Assembly (NCBI GenBank): GCA_963705915.1
Contig: OY970126.1
Coordinates: forward strand, 581,552 to 621,892
Direction: 5' to 3'
Source: an uncultured bacterium
GTDB lineage: Bacteria > Patescibacteriota > Minisyncoccia > UBA6257 > 2-01-FULL-56-20
Length of the DNA: 40,341 nt
Below the pieces are notes generated by a model. It ran no database searches. It was not told the origin of the DNA and saw nothing but the letters and a program-made list of their open reading frames with translations. Positions 17,615 through 26,053 of this stretch are shown in pieces; the first letter of the stretch is position 1, and each line of letters begins with the position of its first letter. The position numbers and the translations under genes were made by a program.

Positions 17615-19786
17615 ATGGCAAAGAAAAACGGCAACGGGTCGAAGAATGGCGGGCGGCGCGACAAGAACGGCGGCACCCGCGGCAACGACCGCAGCGACCA
17701 GGAAACCGGACTCCATCCGGACACCAAAAATAGCATCTGGGCGATAAGCTTTATCTGCGTCGGCATCATCCTTATCCTCGCGGGCATCGCAAAAGCCGGA
17801 CCGGCTGGCAGCCTCATCTATAGAGGGCTCGACGCGCTTTTCGGCTGGGGATACTTCATCCTGCCAACCACGCTCTTCTTCGCGGCAATCGTATTTCTCT
17901 TTGCCGGCAGGAAGCGAGTGGCACTTATGACGCTCGTCGGGGCACTTATCTTGGTTCTATCATTTTTGGGTCTCGTCGAAATCGCATCGCCCGGCAACGG
18001 CGGATGGCTCGGGCTTGTCCTCGGCTCACTTAGGACGCCCTTCGGTTCAACCGCCGCGAGCGTCATCAATGTCTTTATTCTTATCATCGCCATCCTCGTC
18101 ACAGCGAATGTGCCATTGAAAGTCCGGTGGCCGCGCAAGGAAGCCGGCGAGGACGTGGAGGATGTTCCGGAGGAAAAACCGATTCTCGTGACAGGCGAAG
18201 GCTCGACTGAAGAAAAAGAGTCGCCCAAGGAAGACTCCAAAGATAATCTCGAAGATGTTTCCGTGACGCATCAAAAAGAACACGACGAGACGAAACCAAG
18301 AAAATTCAAAGCGCCGGTTTTCAAAAATTATGTTCCGCCGCCGCTCTCACTCCTGAATTCTGACAGTTCGAAGCCGACGACCGGCGACTTGCTCGCAAAC
18401 GCAAACGTCATCAAGCGTACGCTCGACAGTTTCGGCATTCCGGTTGAGATGGGAGAAATCAACGTCGGCCCTGCCGTTACGCGCTACACCTTAAAACCAG
18501 CGGAGGGCGTAAAACTTTCGCGTATCACCGCATTAAACTCCGATCTCGCGCTCGCGCTCGCCGCACATCCGATCCGCATCGAAGCGCCGATCCCGGGGAA
18601 ATCGCTTGTCGGCATCGAGGTGCCGAACAAAGCCGCCGCACTCGTGCGTCTCGGCAGCCTCATGAATTATCCGGAATTCAACGCGAGCGGGCCACTTGGT
18701 TTTATCCTCGGCCGCGACGTTTCCGGCGAACCGATTTTTGCAAACATTGAAAAGATGCCGCACCTGCTTGTGGCGGGCGCAACGGGTTCCGGCAAATCGA
18801 TTCTCGTCCATTCGCTCATCACGTCCCTTTTATATAAGAATTCGCCGCAGACCTTGAAGATGGCGCTCATCGATCCGAAGCGCGTCGAACTCTCAATTTA
18901 TGACGGCATTCCACACCTCATCAGCCCCGTGATTACCGACAATAAAAAAGCGGTTGGCGTTTTGAAGTGGGCCATCTCCGAAATGGAACGCCGCTACGAT
19001 CTCCTCCAAAAAGCCGGCAGCCGCGACATCAAGAGCTACAACGCCTCACACAATTCATCGGACGAAGCGCTGCCGTTCATCCTCGTCGGCATCGATGAAA
19101 TGGCGGATCTCATGACGTCCTATGGCCGCGAAGTGGAAGGCTCGATCGTGCGCCTCGCCCAGATGGCGCGCGCAACGGGCATCCATTTGCTTCTCGCCAC
19201 CCAGCGCCCGTCGGTTGAAGTGATCACGGGTCTCATCAAAGCGAACATCACCTCGCGCGTTGCGCTGCAGGTGGCTTCGCAAATTGATTCGCGCACAATT
19301 CTCGACACGGCGGGCGCAGAAAAATTACTCGGCCACGGTGACTTGCTCTTCATCTCCGCAGAACTTTCGAAACCAAAGCGCATTCAGGGCGCTTATATCA
19401 CTGAAGAAGAAATTCGCGCGGTGGCGACATTCGTAAAAGAAAATAACAAAGTGGAAATGGTTGAGCGTGAAGAATCGGATATTGAAAAAGCGGGACCGGC
19501 ACCGCTCGGCATCGCGGGCCCCGGCGGCACGACGAGCTTTGATTCGTTCCTGGAAGATCAAGCGAGCGGCGGCGATGAAGACGATGATCTTTTTGATGAA
19601 GCGCTTGCCGTCGTAAAAGAAGCGAATAAGGCATCGGCGTCGCTTTTGCAACGGCGTTTGAAAGTTGGTTACGCACGTGCGGCACGATTGCTCGACCTCA
19701 TGGAAGCCGGCGGCTATATCGGTCCCGGCGACGGCGCAAAGCCACGCGACGTGAACATTGAAAAGATCGAGGCGCGGCTCATATAA
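17615..19786 (+). CDS. ftsK: DNA translocase FtsK/SpoIIIE
   Basis: N-terminal TMs; RIEAPIPGKS; PHLLVAGATGSGKS; IDEMADLM; LATQRPS; gamma domain SASLLQRRLKVGYARAARL. Start at ATG 17615 (TACAAT upstream). Confidence 0.96.
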   Translation: MAKKNGNGSKNGGRRDKNGGTRGNDRSDQETGLHPDTKNSIWAISFICVGIILILAGIAKAGPAGSLIYRGLDALFGWGYFILPTTLFFAAIVFLFAGRKRVALMTLVGALILVLSFLGLVEIASPGNGGWLGLVLGSLRTPFGSTAASVINVFILIIAILVTANVPLKVRWPRKEAGEDVEDVPEEKPILVTGEGSTEEKESPKEDSKDNLEDVSVTHQKEHDETKPRKFKAPVFKNYVPPPLSLLNSDSSKPTTGDLLANANVIKRTLDSFGIPVEMGEINVGPAVTRYTLKPAEGVKLSRITALNSDLALALAAHPIRIEAPIPGKSLVGIEVPNKAAALVRLGSLMNYPEFNASGPLGFILGRDVSGEPIFANIEKMPHLLVAGATGSGKSILVHSLITSLLYKNSPQTLKMALIDPKRVELSIYDGIPHLISPVITDNKKAVGVLKWAISEMERRYDLLQKAGSRDIKSYNASHNSSDEALPFILVGIDEMADLMTSYGREVEGSIVRLAQMARATGIHLLLATQRPSVEVITGLIKANITSRVALQVASQIDSRTILDTAGAEKLLGHGDLLFISAELSKPKRIQGAYITEEEIRAVATFVKENNKVEMVEREESDIEKAGPAPLGIAGPGGTTSFDSFLEDQASGGDEDDDLFDEALAVVKEANKASASLLQRRLKVGYARAARLLDLMEAGGYIGPGDGAKPRDVNIEKIEARLI

Positions 19787-19814
19787 TTTTTATTAAAAAA
19801 TTATTAAATAGGAT

Positions 19815-19927
19815 TTGACTGATTACATCCTTGCTATAGAATCTAAGGGAAAGTGGTGTCCGCATTACTGCGGATCGAAAATCCTCTTTGGTGTATAAAT
19901 AGCCGCCCAAGCGGCTATTTATATTTT
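19815..19927 (+). ncRNA. Candidate ~80-nt small RNA with own promoter and terminator
   Basis: TTGACT-16-TAGAAT (19815-19842), hairpin TCCGCA-TTAC-TGCGGA, 13-bp stem 19894-19923 plus T-run. Confidence 0.35.
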
Positions 19928-19974
19928 AGAAAGTTTTAATCGCCCATTTGATAGTGTTTGTGGGCTCGCGAGAT

Positions 19975-20048
19975 GGGCTCATCGTTCATGTCGGTAGGAC
20001 ACCATTTTTACCAAAGAGGAGAAGCGGGTTCGAATCCCGCTGGGTCCA
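19975..20048 (+). tRNA. tRNA-like gene with irregular anticodon arm (ACC with bulge, or TAC with mismatches); identity unresolved
   Basis: Acceptor GGGCTCA/TGGGTCC-A, D stem GTTC/GGAC, T arm GCGGG-TTCGAAT-CCCGC; anticodon region CCATTTTTACCAAAGAGG. Confidence 0.7.
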
Positions 20049-20096
20049 CGCGGGCACAAAATTTTATAATTGGCATTTTTCTGTTAGAATCAGCCT

Positions 20097-20801
20097 ATGA
20101 ATCCGGAAGACGTTGCGTTTGAACAATTTTTTGCTGATCGCATCAAGGCAAAAGGGCTTACCCTCAAGAAATTATCCGATATCACCGGCATCGCGCCGGT
20201 GCACATCGAAAGCCTGCTTCGCGGCGATTTCGGCCACATCCCATCGGCCCCCTATTTTCGCGGCTATCTCATTCGTCTTGGCAAAGTGCTCGACTTCGAC
20301 GGCGAAGCCTGGTGGGGGCGCCTCAAAGGCGGAGCAAAAAATTCGGGTGAGCTCGACATACTTCCGCGGAATCGCTTCATTAAAGTCGCCCCACCAAAAT
20401 ATATCTGGGCGATCATCGTCGGTGCCATTATCCTCGTTTACCTCGGATTCCGTTTTGCGACGATCATCGGCAAGCCAGCGCTCGCAGTCACCTTCCCCTC
20501 GCAAAACCCCTACACCACCGATCAAAACACGATTGTCATTCAGGGTACGAGCCAAAACGCCGATTCCATTTCATTAAATGGCGATCAGGTCACGCTTGCT
20601 CCAAATGGCACCTGGCAAAAAAGCGTATTGCTCCAAACCGGTATCAATACCTTCCAAATCGCCGCCAAAAAATTCCTCGGCGGCGAGACCGACGTAACCG
20701 AGCAGGTTTGGTACGAAGGATCAGTCACTAATACGACCACCCCAAGCTCGTCGGCCTCAACAACGCCAAGTTCAGTATCTTCGACAACTATCGGAATATA
20801 G
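20097..20801 (+). CDS. RodZ-like protein (HTH_25 + TM + Ig-like domain)
   Basis: GLTLKKLSDITGI...IESLLRGDFGHIPSAPYFRGYLIRLGKVL; central TM; position between ftsK and recA. Confidence 0.8.
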   Translation: MNPEDVAFEQFFADRIKAKGLTLKKLSDITGIAPVHIESLLRGDFGHIPSAPYFRGYLIRLGKVLDFDGEAWWGRLKGGAKNSGELDILPRNRFIKVAPPKYIWAIIVGAIILVYLGFRFATIIGKPALAVTFPSQNPYTTDQNTIVIQGTSQNADSISLNGDQVTLAPNGTWQKSVLLQTGINTFQIAAKKFLGGETDVTEQVWYEGSVTNTTTPSSSASTTPSSVSSTTIGI

Positions 20802-20856
20802 TGGACAGCTTTCGAACGAATGTTGCTGTCTGGTATAGGTTCGAGCACGCAAATAT

Positions 20857-20972
20857 AAGAAAAAGAAAACCCCTGTGGCCACAGGGGTTCTGACGGGGAA
20901 AGATGGATAAACGTTCAGACGAGTAGTTGGGATTTCGGCTCCCAATGAGCCTCGCAACGTGTTCCGAATGCT
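20857..20972 (-). ncRNA. Candidate ~115-nt small RNA
   Basis: TTGACA-16-TATGCT on minus (21006-20979); irregular long hairpin; perfect 22-bp palindrome 20868-20889 followed by U-run. Confidence 0.5.
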
Positions 20973-21045
20973 GTCGATAGCATACTCCTTTCAAGGATTC
21001 TGTCAACGAGCGCAGGATTCGAACACGTATTCAAATAAGATCAAC

Positions 21046-21220
21046 GGGAGGGAGTTCCAAGAGGGAGACGAAAGGATGATTGAGGAGACCCGCAGCCGGT
21101 TCGGCTTGGTTCGCCGTTCTTACGGCGACGAACCGAGCGAGGACCAGAGCGCGCTGCCGCAGGAGCAGCGCGCTCGGTCTCCGAAAGCGCCTTTCGCCTC
21201 CCTCTTGGCCTCTCTTTTTT
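21046..21220 (+). other. Nested multi-branch inverted-repeat element (structured RNA or MITE/REP-like)
   Basis: Stems 21057-21075/21190-21208, 21084-21090/21176-21182 and internal hairpins including GAGCGCGCTGC/GCAGCGCGCTC. Confidence 0.6.
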
Positions 21221-21257
21221 AATATTCTTTTAATGTACCTCTTGCTATAATGCTTCT

Positions 21258-22283
21258 ATGACACCTAAAAAAACTGATAAGTCGAAGGATTTGGACAGCC
21301 TCTTGTCCACGCTCCAGGAAAAGTTCGGCGCAGGGGCAATCATGAAACTTGGCGACGTGAGCAAAGTCGACGTGGCAGTGATCCCCACGGGATCATTCTC
21401 GCTCGACCTTGCGCTCGGCGTTGGCGGCTTGCCACGCGGACGCGTCGTAGAAATTTTCGGGCCGGAATCGAGCGGTAAGACAACGCTCGCCTTGAACGTC
21501 GTTGCGCAGGCGCAAAAGCATGGCGGCAAAGCCGCATTCATCGACGCCGAACACGCGATGGATCCTGATTATGCAAAGAAGCTCGGCGTAAACGTGAACG
21601 AGCTCCTCATCTCGCAGCCGGACAGCGGCGAAGAAGCGTTGAATATTTTGGAGAGCCTTGTCCGCTCGGCCATGATCTCAGTGGTTGTCGTGGATTCTGT
21701 TGCAGCGCTCACGCCGCAAGCAGAACTCGAAGGCGAAATGGGCGAACAGCATGTGGGCCGGCAGGCGCGCATGATGGGCCAAGCGCTCCGCAAGCTCACG
21801 GCACTCGCCGCAAACAGCCAAACGCTCATCATATTCATCAATCAAATCCGCATGAAGATCGGCGTGATGTTCGGCAATCCGGAAACGACGCCGGGCGGCC
21901 GCGCACTCCCCTTTGCTGCATCGGTACGCATCGACATCCGCCGCATCGCACAGGTGAAGAAGGGCGACCATGTCGTTGGTAATCGGGTGAAAGCAAAAGT
22001 GGTAAAGAACAAAGTCGCCGCGCCATTCAAACATGCCGAATTCGATATCCTTTTCAACGAAGGCATTTCCTATGAAGGCGACGTCCTGAACGCTGCGATC
22101 CTCTATGGCGTCGTGAAAAAATCCGGCGCGAGCATCTCGTTCGAGGGCGAACGCCTTGGCGCAGGATTTGAAAACGCACGAATGAAATTAAAGGAAGATA
22201 AAAAACTCCTCGAAGCGATCAAGAAGAAAACCGTAGAAGCATTCAAAAACGGAGACGGGATGGTTGTGGAAGAAAAAGGGTAG
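21258..22283 (+). CDS. recA: Recombinase RecA
   Basis: [63 protein letters not shown]. Confidence 0.99.
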   Translation: MTPKKTDKSKDLDSLLSTLQEKFGAGAIMKLGDVSKVDVAVIPTGSFSLDLALGVGGLPRGRVVEIFGPESSGKTTLALNVVAQAQKHGGKAAFIDAEHAMDPDYAKKLGVNVNELLISQPDSGEEALNILESLVRSAMISVVVVDSVAALTPQAELEGEMGEQHVGRQARMMGQALRKLTALAANSQTLIIFINQIRMKIGVMFGNPETTPGGRALPFAASVRIDIRRIAQVKKGDHVVGNRVKAKVVKNKVAAPFKHAEFDILFNEGISYEGDVLNAAILYGVVKKSGASISFEGERLGAGFENARMKLKEDKKLLEAIKKKTVEAFKNGDGMVVEEKG

Positions 22284-22333
22284 ATACGAAACTGTAGCTC
22301 GCGACCTCAAGGCAAGAAAGTTTTGCCGCAACG

Positions 22334-22657
22334 CTAGAACGATCCCTTGGTTAATATTTGATAGCCAACATATCCGAGTGCAACGAGAATGGCGAGCGCG
22401 ATGAGCGTTATAAGAGCTATCGCGAGAGCATTGCTTTTATGGGTTTCTTCCGTCGATTGCGCTCGTTTTTCGAGCGATGACCCCGCAACTCGTACATTTT
22501 CGAACTGCGGCAATCCTCCGCCGGATGACGCGAGGCGGGCGATGTCAGATTTCATCGTGCGGATCTTCACTTCCGTTGGCGGCGGGGAAATCGTGGAGAG
22601 TTCGGCTGGCGTTTCCGGGGCGGATTGATTCCTGTTGATGTCGGGGATACCTTCCAT
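22334..22657 (-). CDS. Hypothetical protein with C-terminal TM anchor
   Basis: IRTMKSDI motif and C-terminal hydrophobic helix; TAAAAT 7 nt before ATG 22657 (alternative start 22666). Confidence 0.7.
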   Translation of the reverse strand: MEGIPDINRNQSAPETPAELSTISPPPTEVKIRTMKSDIARLASSGGGLPQFENVRVAGSSLEKRAQSTEETHKSNALAIALITLIALAILVALGYVGYQILTKGSF

Positions 22658-22674
22658 TGGATTCATTTTACCAC

Positions 22675-22701
22675 AAAAAATCCCGCACTTGCGGGATTTT
22701 T
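22675..22701 (-). terminator. Terminator of pnp (bidirectional form)
   Basis: AAAAAATCCCGCA-CT-TGCGGGATTTTT. Confidence 0.8.
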
Positions 22702-22746
22702 AATGACGTGCGGATGAACGTTCGCGCACGTGGAAGCGAATACGTC

Positions 22747-24894
22747 CTACTCCGCCATCTGCTTAAGCGATAGCCCAATGCGGCCGCCGTCTTCGTCAAC
22801 TTTGATGATTTTCACGCGGACGAAATCACCGACTTTCAAAACGTCTTCAACGTTCTTCACGAAGCCGCTCCTGAGTTCTGAGACGTGGATCATGCCGTCT
22901 TTGCCACCGCCCAAATCGACGATGGCGCCGAATTCCAAAATTTTGATCACGTTGCCTTCGACGATTTCACCAACTTTAAATTCGCGCGTGAGCGATTGGA
23001 TGTCGGATGCCGCTTTCTCAACATTCTCGAGGATCATGCCCGAGATGAACACGCCGCCGTCCTCATCGATATCGATACCGGACAATTGATATTTCTCAAT
23101 GAGGCCATTGATGACTTTGCCTCCAGGACCGATGACGGCGCCAATCTTGTCGGTCGGGATCTTGAGCGTTTTAATCTTCGGCACGAAGGGCGAAAGTTCT
23201 TTGCGTGCTGAGGGCAAAATCGCTTTCACGGTTTTCAAGATATGGATGCGAGCCTTACGCGCATCTTCGAAGCCCGCGCGGAGGATTTCGAGCGTGAGGC
23301 CGTCAACTTTCACGTCCATCTGCATGCCGGTCACGCCATCGTCCGTGCCTGCAACTTTCAGGTCCATATCGCCATGATGGTCTTCGGGGCCTTGGATGTC
23401 GGTGAGCACTTTAAAGTTCTTGACGTCGCTCATCATGAGGCCCATCGCAATGCCAGCGGCAGGCTTCTTGAGCGGAACGCCAGCATCCATGAGTGAAAGC
23501 GATGACGCGCAGACCGTTGCCATCGAAGACGATCCGTTCGATGACATGATTTCGGAGACCACGCGAATCGTGTATGGGAATTCTTCTTTGGTCGGAATGA
23601 GGCGCTCGAGCGATTTGCGCGCGAGGTTGCCGTGACCGATTTCGCGGCGGCCTGGGCCGCGGAATGTGCCGACCTCGCCGACTGAAAATGGCGGGAAGTT
23701 ATAGTGGAGCAAGAAGCGGCGCTTGCCGTTTGTTTCCATGGTTTCGATGAGCTGCTCCGAACCGGGCGCAGCAAGCGTCGTCACCGCAAGCGACTGCGTA
23801 TTGCCGCGGACGAAGAGCGCCGAGCCGTGGGTTCGAGAAAAAAGCTTCACTTCCCCATCGAGTTTGCGCACTTCGTCGAGCTTGCGGCCGTCGGGACGCC
23901 GCGCGTTCTCCAAAACATTTTTGTGTACGATGTCGTTGATCATTGCTTCGATGAGAAATTCAACGGCTTTCCAGCTTATGGGTTTCATCTCAGCTTTTCC
24001 ATCAACGCCCGCAACCGGAACGCCGGCGGCAAATTTCTCTTTGATGTGCGCGGTGAGGTCATTGCGAAGCGCCGTCACGGCATGCTGCTCTTCCATCTTT
24101 GTCGGACGATACACGGCGCCTTCAAGTTTGTCTTTCAAATATTCCTCAACGGCAGCCTTTAGCTCGGGAGCCGGCTCCGATAACGCGACCACCGCTTTCT
24201 CCTTGCCGATTTCTTTTTGAATCTTCAACTGAAAATCAACAAGTTTGTTAATTTCTTTTTGCGCCTCTTCGATGCCCTTCAAAATTTCACTCTCTTGGGC
24301 GTCGAGGCCGCCGAGCTCGATCATGTTGATGCGATCCTTTGAACCGGAGACAAATGCGTCGAACACCGGAAGCTGTTCGTTCACTTCAGCATTATCTGGG
24401 TTGATTTTGAATTGGCCTGCGGCCGGTTGTGTCACACGAACGCCGGCAACTGGTCCCTGCCACGGAATATCCGAAATGAGGAGCGCCGTTGAAGCGCCAA
24501 GTAAACCCACGAATTCCGGATCGTTTTGTTCGTCGATCTGGAGCACCGTGACGACCACCTGGATATCGCGTCGCATACGGTTATCAAAAAGCGGACGGAT
24601 CGTGCGGTCCACCAAGCGGCCCGCGAGGATCGCCTCTTCCGACGATCGCCCTTCGCGACGGATATAGCGGCTGCCGATAATTTTTCCCGCCGCATAAAAT
24701 TTTTCTTCGTAATCAACCTTGAGCGGCATGTAATCCATCTCGGTATCTTTGCGGCCCATCACCGCTGTTGCGAGCACCACGGTCTCACCGTATTTTGCAA
24801 TCACGGCAGCATTCGCCTGCTCGGCAAGCTGTGAGGTTTCGATGGTCAATGTTTTCCCGGCAACTTCAACGGAGAACTGTTTTTTCTCTATCAT
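22747..24894 (-). CDS. pnp: Polyribonucleotide nucleotidyltransferase (PNPase)
   Basis: RLVDRTIRPLF, HYNFPPFSVGE, RREIGHG, SNGSSSMA, DHHGDMDLKVAG, KH (IGPGGK) and S1 domains; start ATG 24894. Confidence 0.98.
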   Translation of the reverse strand: MIEKKQFSVEVAGKTLTIETSQLAEQANAAVIAKYGETVVLATAVMGRKDTEMDYMPLKVDYEEKFYAAGKIIGSRYIRREGRSSEEAILAGRLVDRTIRPLFDNRMRRDIQVVVTVLQIDEQNDPEFVGLLGASTALLISDIPWQGPVAGVRVTQPAAGQFKINPDNAEVNEQLPVFDAFVSGSKDRINMIELGGLDAQESEILKGIEEAQKEINKLVDFQLKIQKEIGKEKAVVALSEPAPELKAAVEEYLKDKLEGAVYRPTKMEEQHAVTALRNDLTAHIKEKFAAGVPVAGVDGKAEMKPISWKAVEFLIEAMINDIVHKNVLENARRPDGRKLDEVRKLDGEVKLFSRTHGSALFVRGNTQSLAVTTLAAPGSEQLIETMETNGKRRFLLHYNFPPFSVGEVGTFRGPGRREIGHGNLARKSLERLIPTKEEFPYTIRVVSEIMSSNGSSSMATVCASSLSLMDAGVPLKKPAAGIAMGLMMSDVKNFKVLTDIQGPEDHHGDMDLKVAGTDDGVTGMQMDVKVDGLTLEILRAGFEDARKARIHILKTVKAILPSARKELSPFVPKIKTLKIPTDKIGAVIGPGGKVINGLIEKYQLSGIDIDEDGGVFISGMILENVEKAASDIQSLTREFKVGEIVEGNVIKILEFGAIVDLGGGKDGMIHVSELRSGFVKNVEDVLKVGDFVRVKIIKVDEDGGRIGLSLKQMAE

Positions 24895-24917
24895 GATTTT
24901 ATGAATTTTTAATGTTC

Positions 24918-25029
24918 GCACGAACGACTGGAGCAGATGTCATCCTGACCTAGCACCACTTTGCGCTTGTCGCTTTGTGGGCATTACCCTCAAAGCGGCG
25001 CTGGGTCAAAATGACTACTCCTTCCGTGC
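24918..25029 (-). promoter_or_regulatory. Long stem-loop in the pnp leader
   Basis: Nested pairings GCACG/CGTGC, GGAG/CTCC, GTCAT/ATGAC, TGACCTAGC/GCTGGGTCA, CGCTTTG/CAAAGCG. Confidence 0.6.
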
Positions 25030-25042
25030 TTGTAAATTTATG

Positions 25043-25645
25043 TTATACTCGCGACTTCATAATCGCCCGCGGAATCTCTTCTATATTAACGAACTGATCC
25101 GCAGCTTCCTGAATTTTTGACGATGCACTCCGGCGAAACGCCGCGACTTCAACAAGCCGCCCCGCACCCCATTTGAGGTAATCGACCAAGGGCAGAAAAT
25201 CACCGTCACCCGTCACGAGGATCACGACGTCGAGGAACGACGACATGCGGATCGCGTCAACCGCCATGCCAACGTCCCAGTCAGCTTTTTTCATCCCGCC
25301 GGCATAAATCTGCAAATCTTTCATGCGCAATTCGAGGCCAGCCTTTTCGAGTGCTTCAAAGAAGCTCGCTTCGGATGAAAGGCCGTTGTTATTGCTCTCT
25401 TCACGCACTATGGGAGTCACGATCGGCGACGCGCCGCGTCCGTTTCCCGGCCGCTGCGGTTCAACGCCTTCGCTTTTCACCACATAGGCCATCGCGCGGA
25501 TGAGCTGGCGTCCGGCAACGAGATATTTCATGAGCTCCGCGTAATTCACGCGGGCATGATGAAGATTTTTTGCCGAATGATAGAGATTTTGCACGTCAAC
25601 AAAAATGCCAACGCGCTGATTTGCATTACTGTGAGCTTGTTTCAT
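25043..25645 (-). CDS. NYN/LabA (DUF88, PIN-like) domain protein
   Basis: IFVDVQNLY, KADWDVGMAVD, LVTGDGDFLPLV, ADQFVNI. Confidence 0.92.
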   Translation of the reverse strand: MKQAHSNANQRVGIFVDVQNLYHSAKNLHHARVNYAELMKYLVAGRQLIRAMAYVVKSEGVEPQRPGNGRGASPIVTPIVREESNNNGLSSEASFFEALEKAGLELRMKDLQIYAGGMKKADWDVGMAVDAIRMSSFLDVVILVTGDGDFLPLVDYLKWGAGRLVEVAAFRRSASSKIQEAADQFVNIEEIPRAIMKSRV

Positions 25646-25699
25646 AAAAATTACTAACGAAGTATTAAAAAATATTCAGATGAACCGCACGACCGAACA

Positions 25700-25966
25700 T
25701 TAACGCTTGAGATCAAGTTTCTTAATCAATTTTTCATACGAAGAAAGTTGCGTCTTCTTCATATACGCCAAAAGCTTGCGGCGCTTAGAGACCATCTTCA
25801 AAAGGCCGCGGCGCGAGTGGTTATCTTTTGGATTTTTCTTGAGATGCGAAGCGAGTTCGTCGATCTGACGTGAAATGACGCCAATTTGAACGCCGGCAGA
25901 GCCGGTGTCTTTATCATGAGCTTTGTGCTCGCTGATGATGCGAGCTTTTACTCGTTTCGTAAGCAT
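25700..25966 (-). CDS. rpsO: 30S ribosomal protein S15
   Basis: DTGSAGVQI, HLKKNPKDNHSRRGLLKMVSKRRKLLAY. Confidence 0.98.
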   Translation of the reverse strand: MLTKRVKARIISEHKAHDKDTGSAGVQIGVISRQIDELASHLKKNPKDNHSRRGLLKMVSKRRKLLAYMKKTQLSSYEKLIKKLDLKR

Positions 25967-26025
25967 TACAAGGTATTATATCCTGCTTTGAGGAAAATTG
26001 CAAGCCCGAGAGAACGCCGCAGATT

Positions 26026-26053
26026 GTGCGACATATGACGTATAATGGAATCA
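26026..26053 (+). promoter_or_regulatory. dif-like 28-bp site overlapping the xer -10 box
   Basis: GTGCGACATAT-GACGTA-TAATGGAATCA; inner CATAT-N6-TAATG versus CATAA-N6-TTATG of E. coli dif. Confidence 0.35.

Noticed and set aside
19848-19885. Hammerhead ribozyme (stem followed by GAAA)
   Set aside because: Core CUGANGA is absent (GTGGTG instead)
20814-21032. Gram-positive-type LexA boxes GAACGAATGTTG (20814) and GAACACGTATTC (21021)
   Set aside because: Each has a mismatch and lies more than 200 bp from the recA -10; the LexA motif of this lineage cannot be determined from the window
21147-21175. SRP RNA helix 8 (contains CAGG and AGCAG)
   Set aside because: Lacks the CAGG-stem-GNRA-stem-AGCA arrangement; it is a simple perfect hairpin. 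No tmRNA or RNase P hallmark motifs either
20959-21222. 87-aa ORF upstream of recA
   Set aside because: Spans nested inverted repeats, lacks start signals; better explained as structured non-coding sequence
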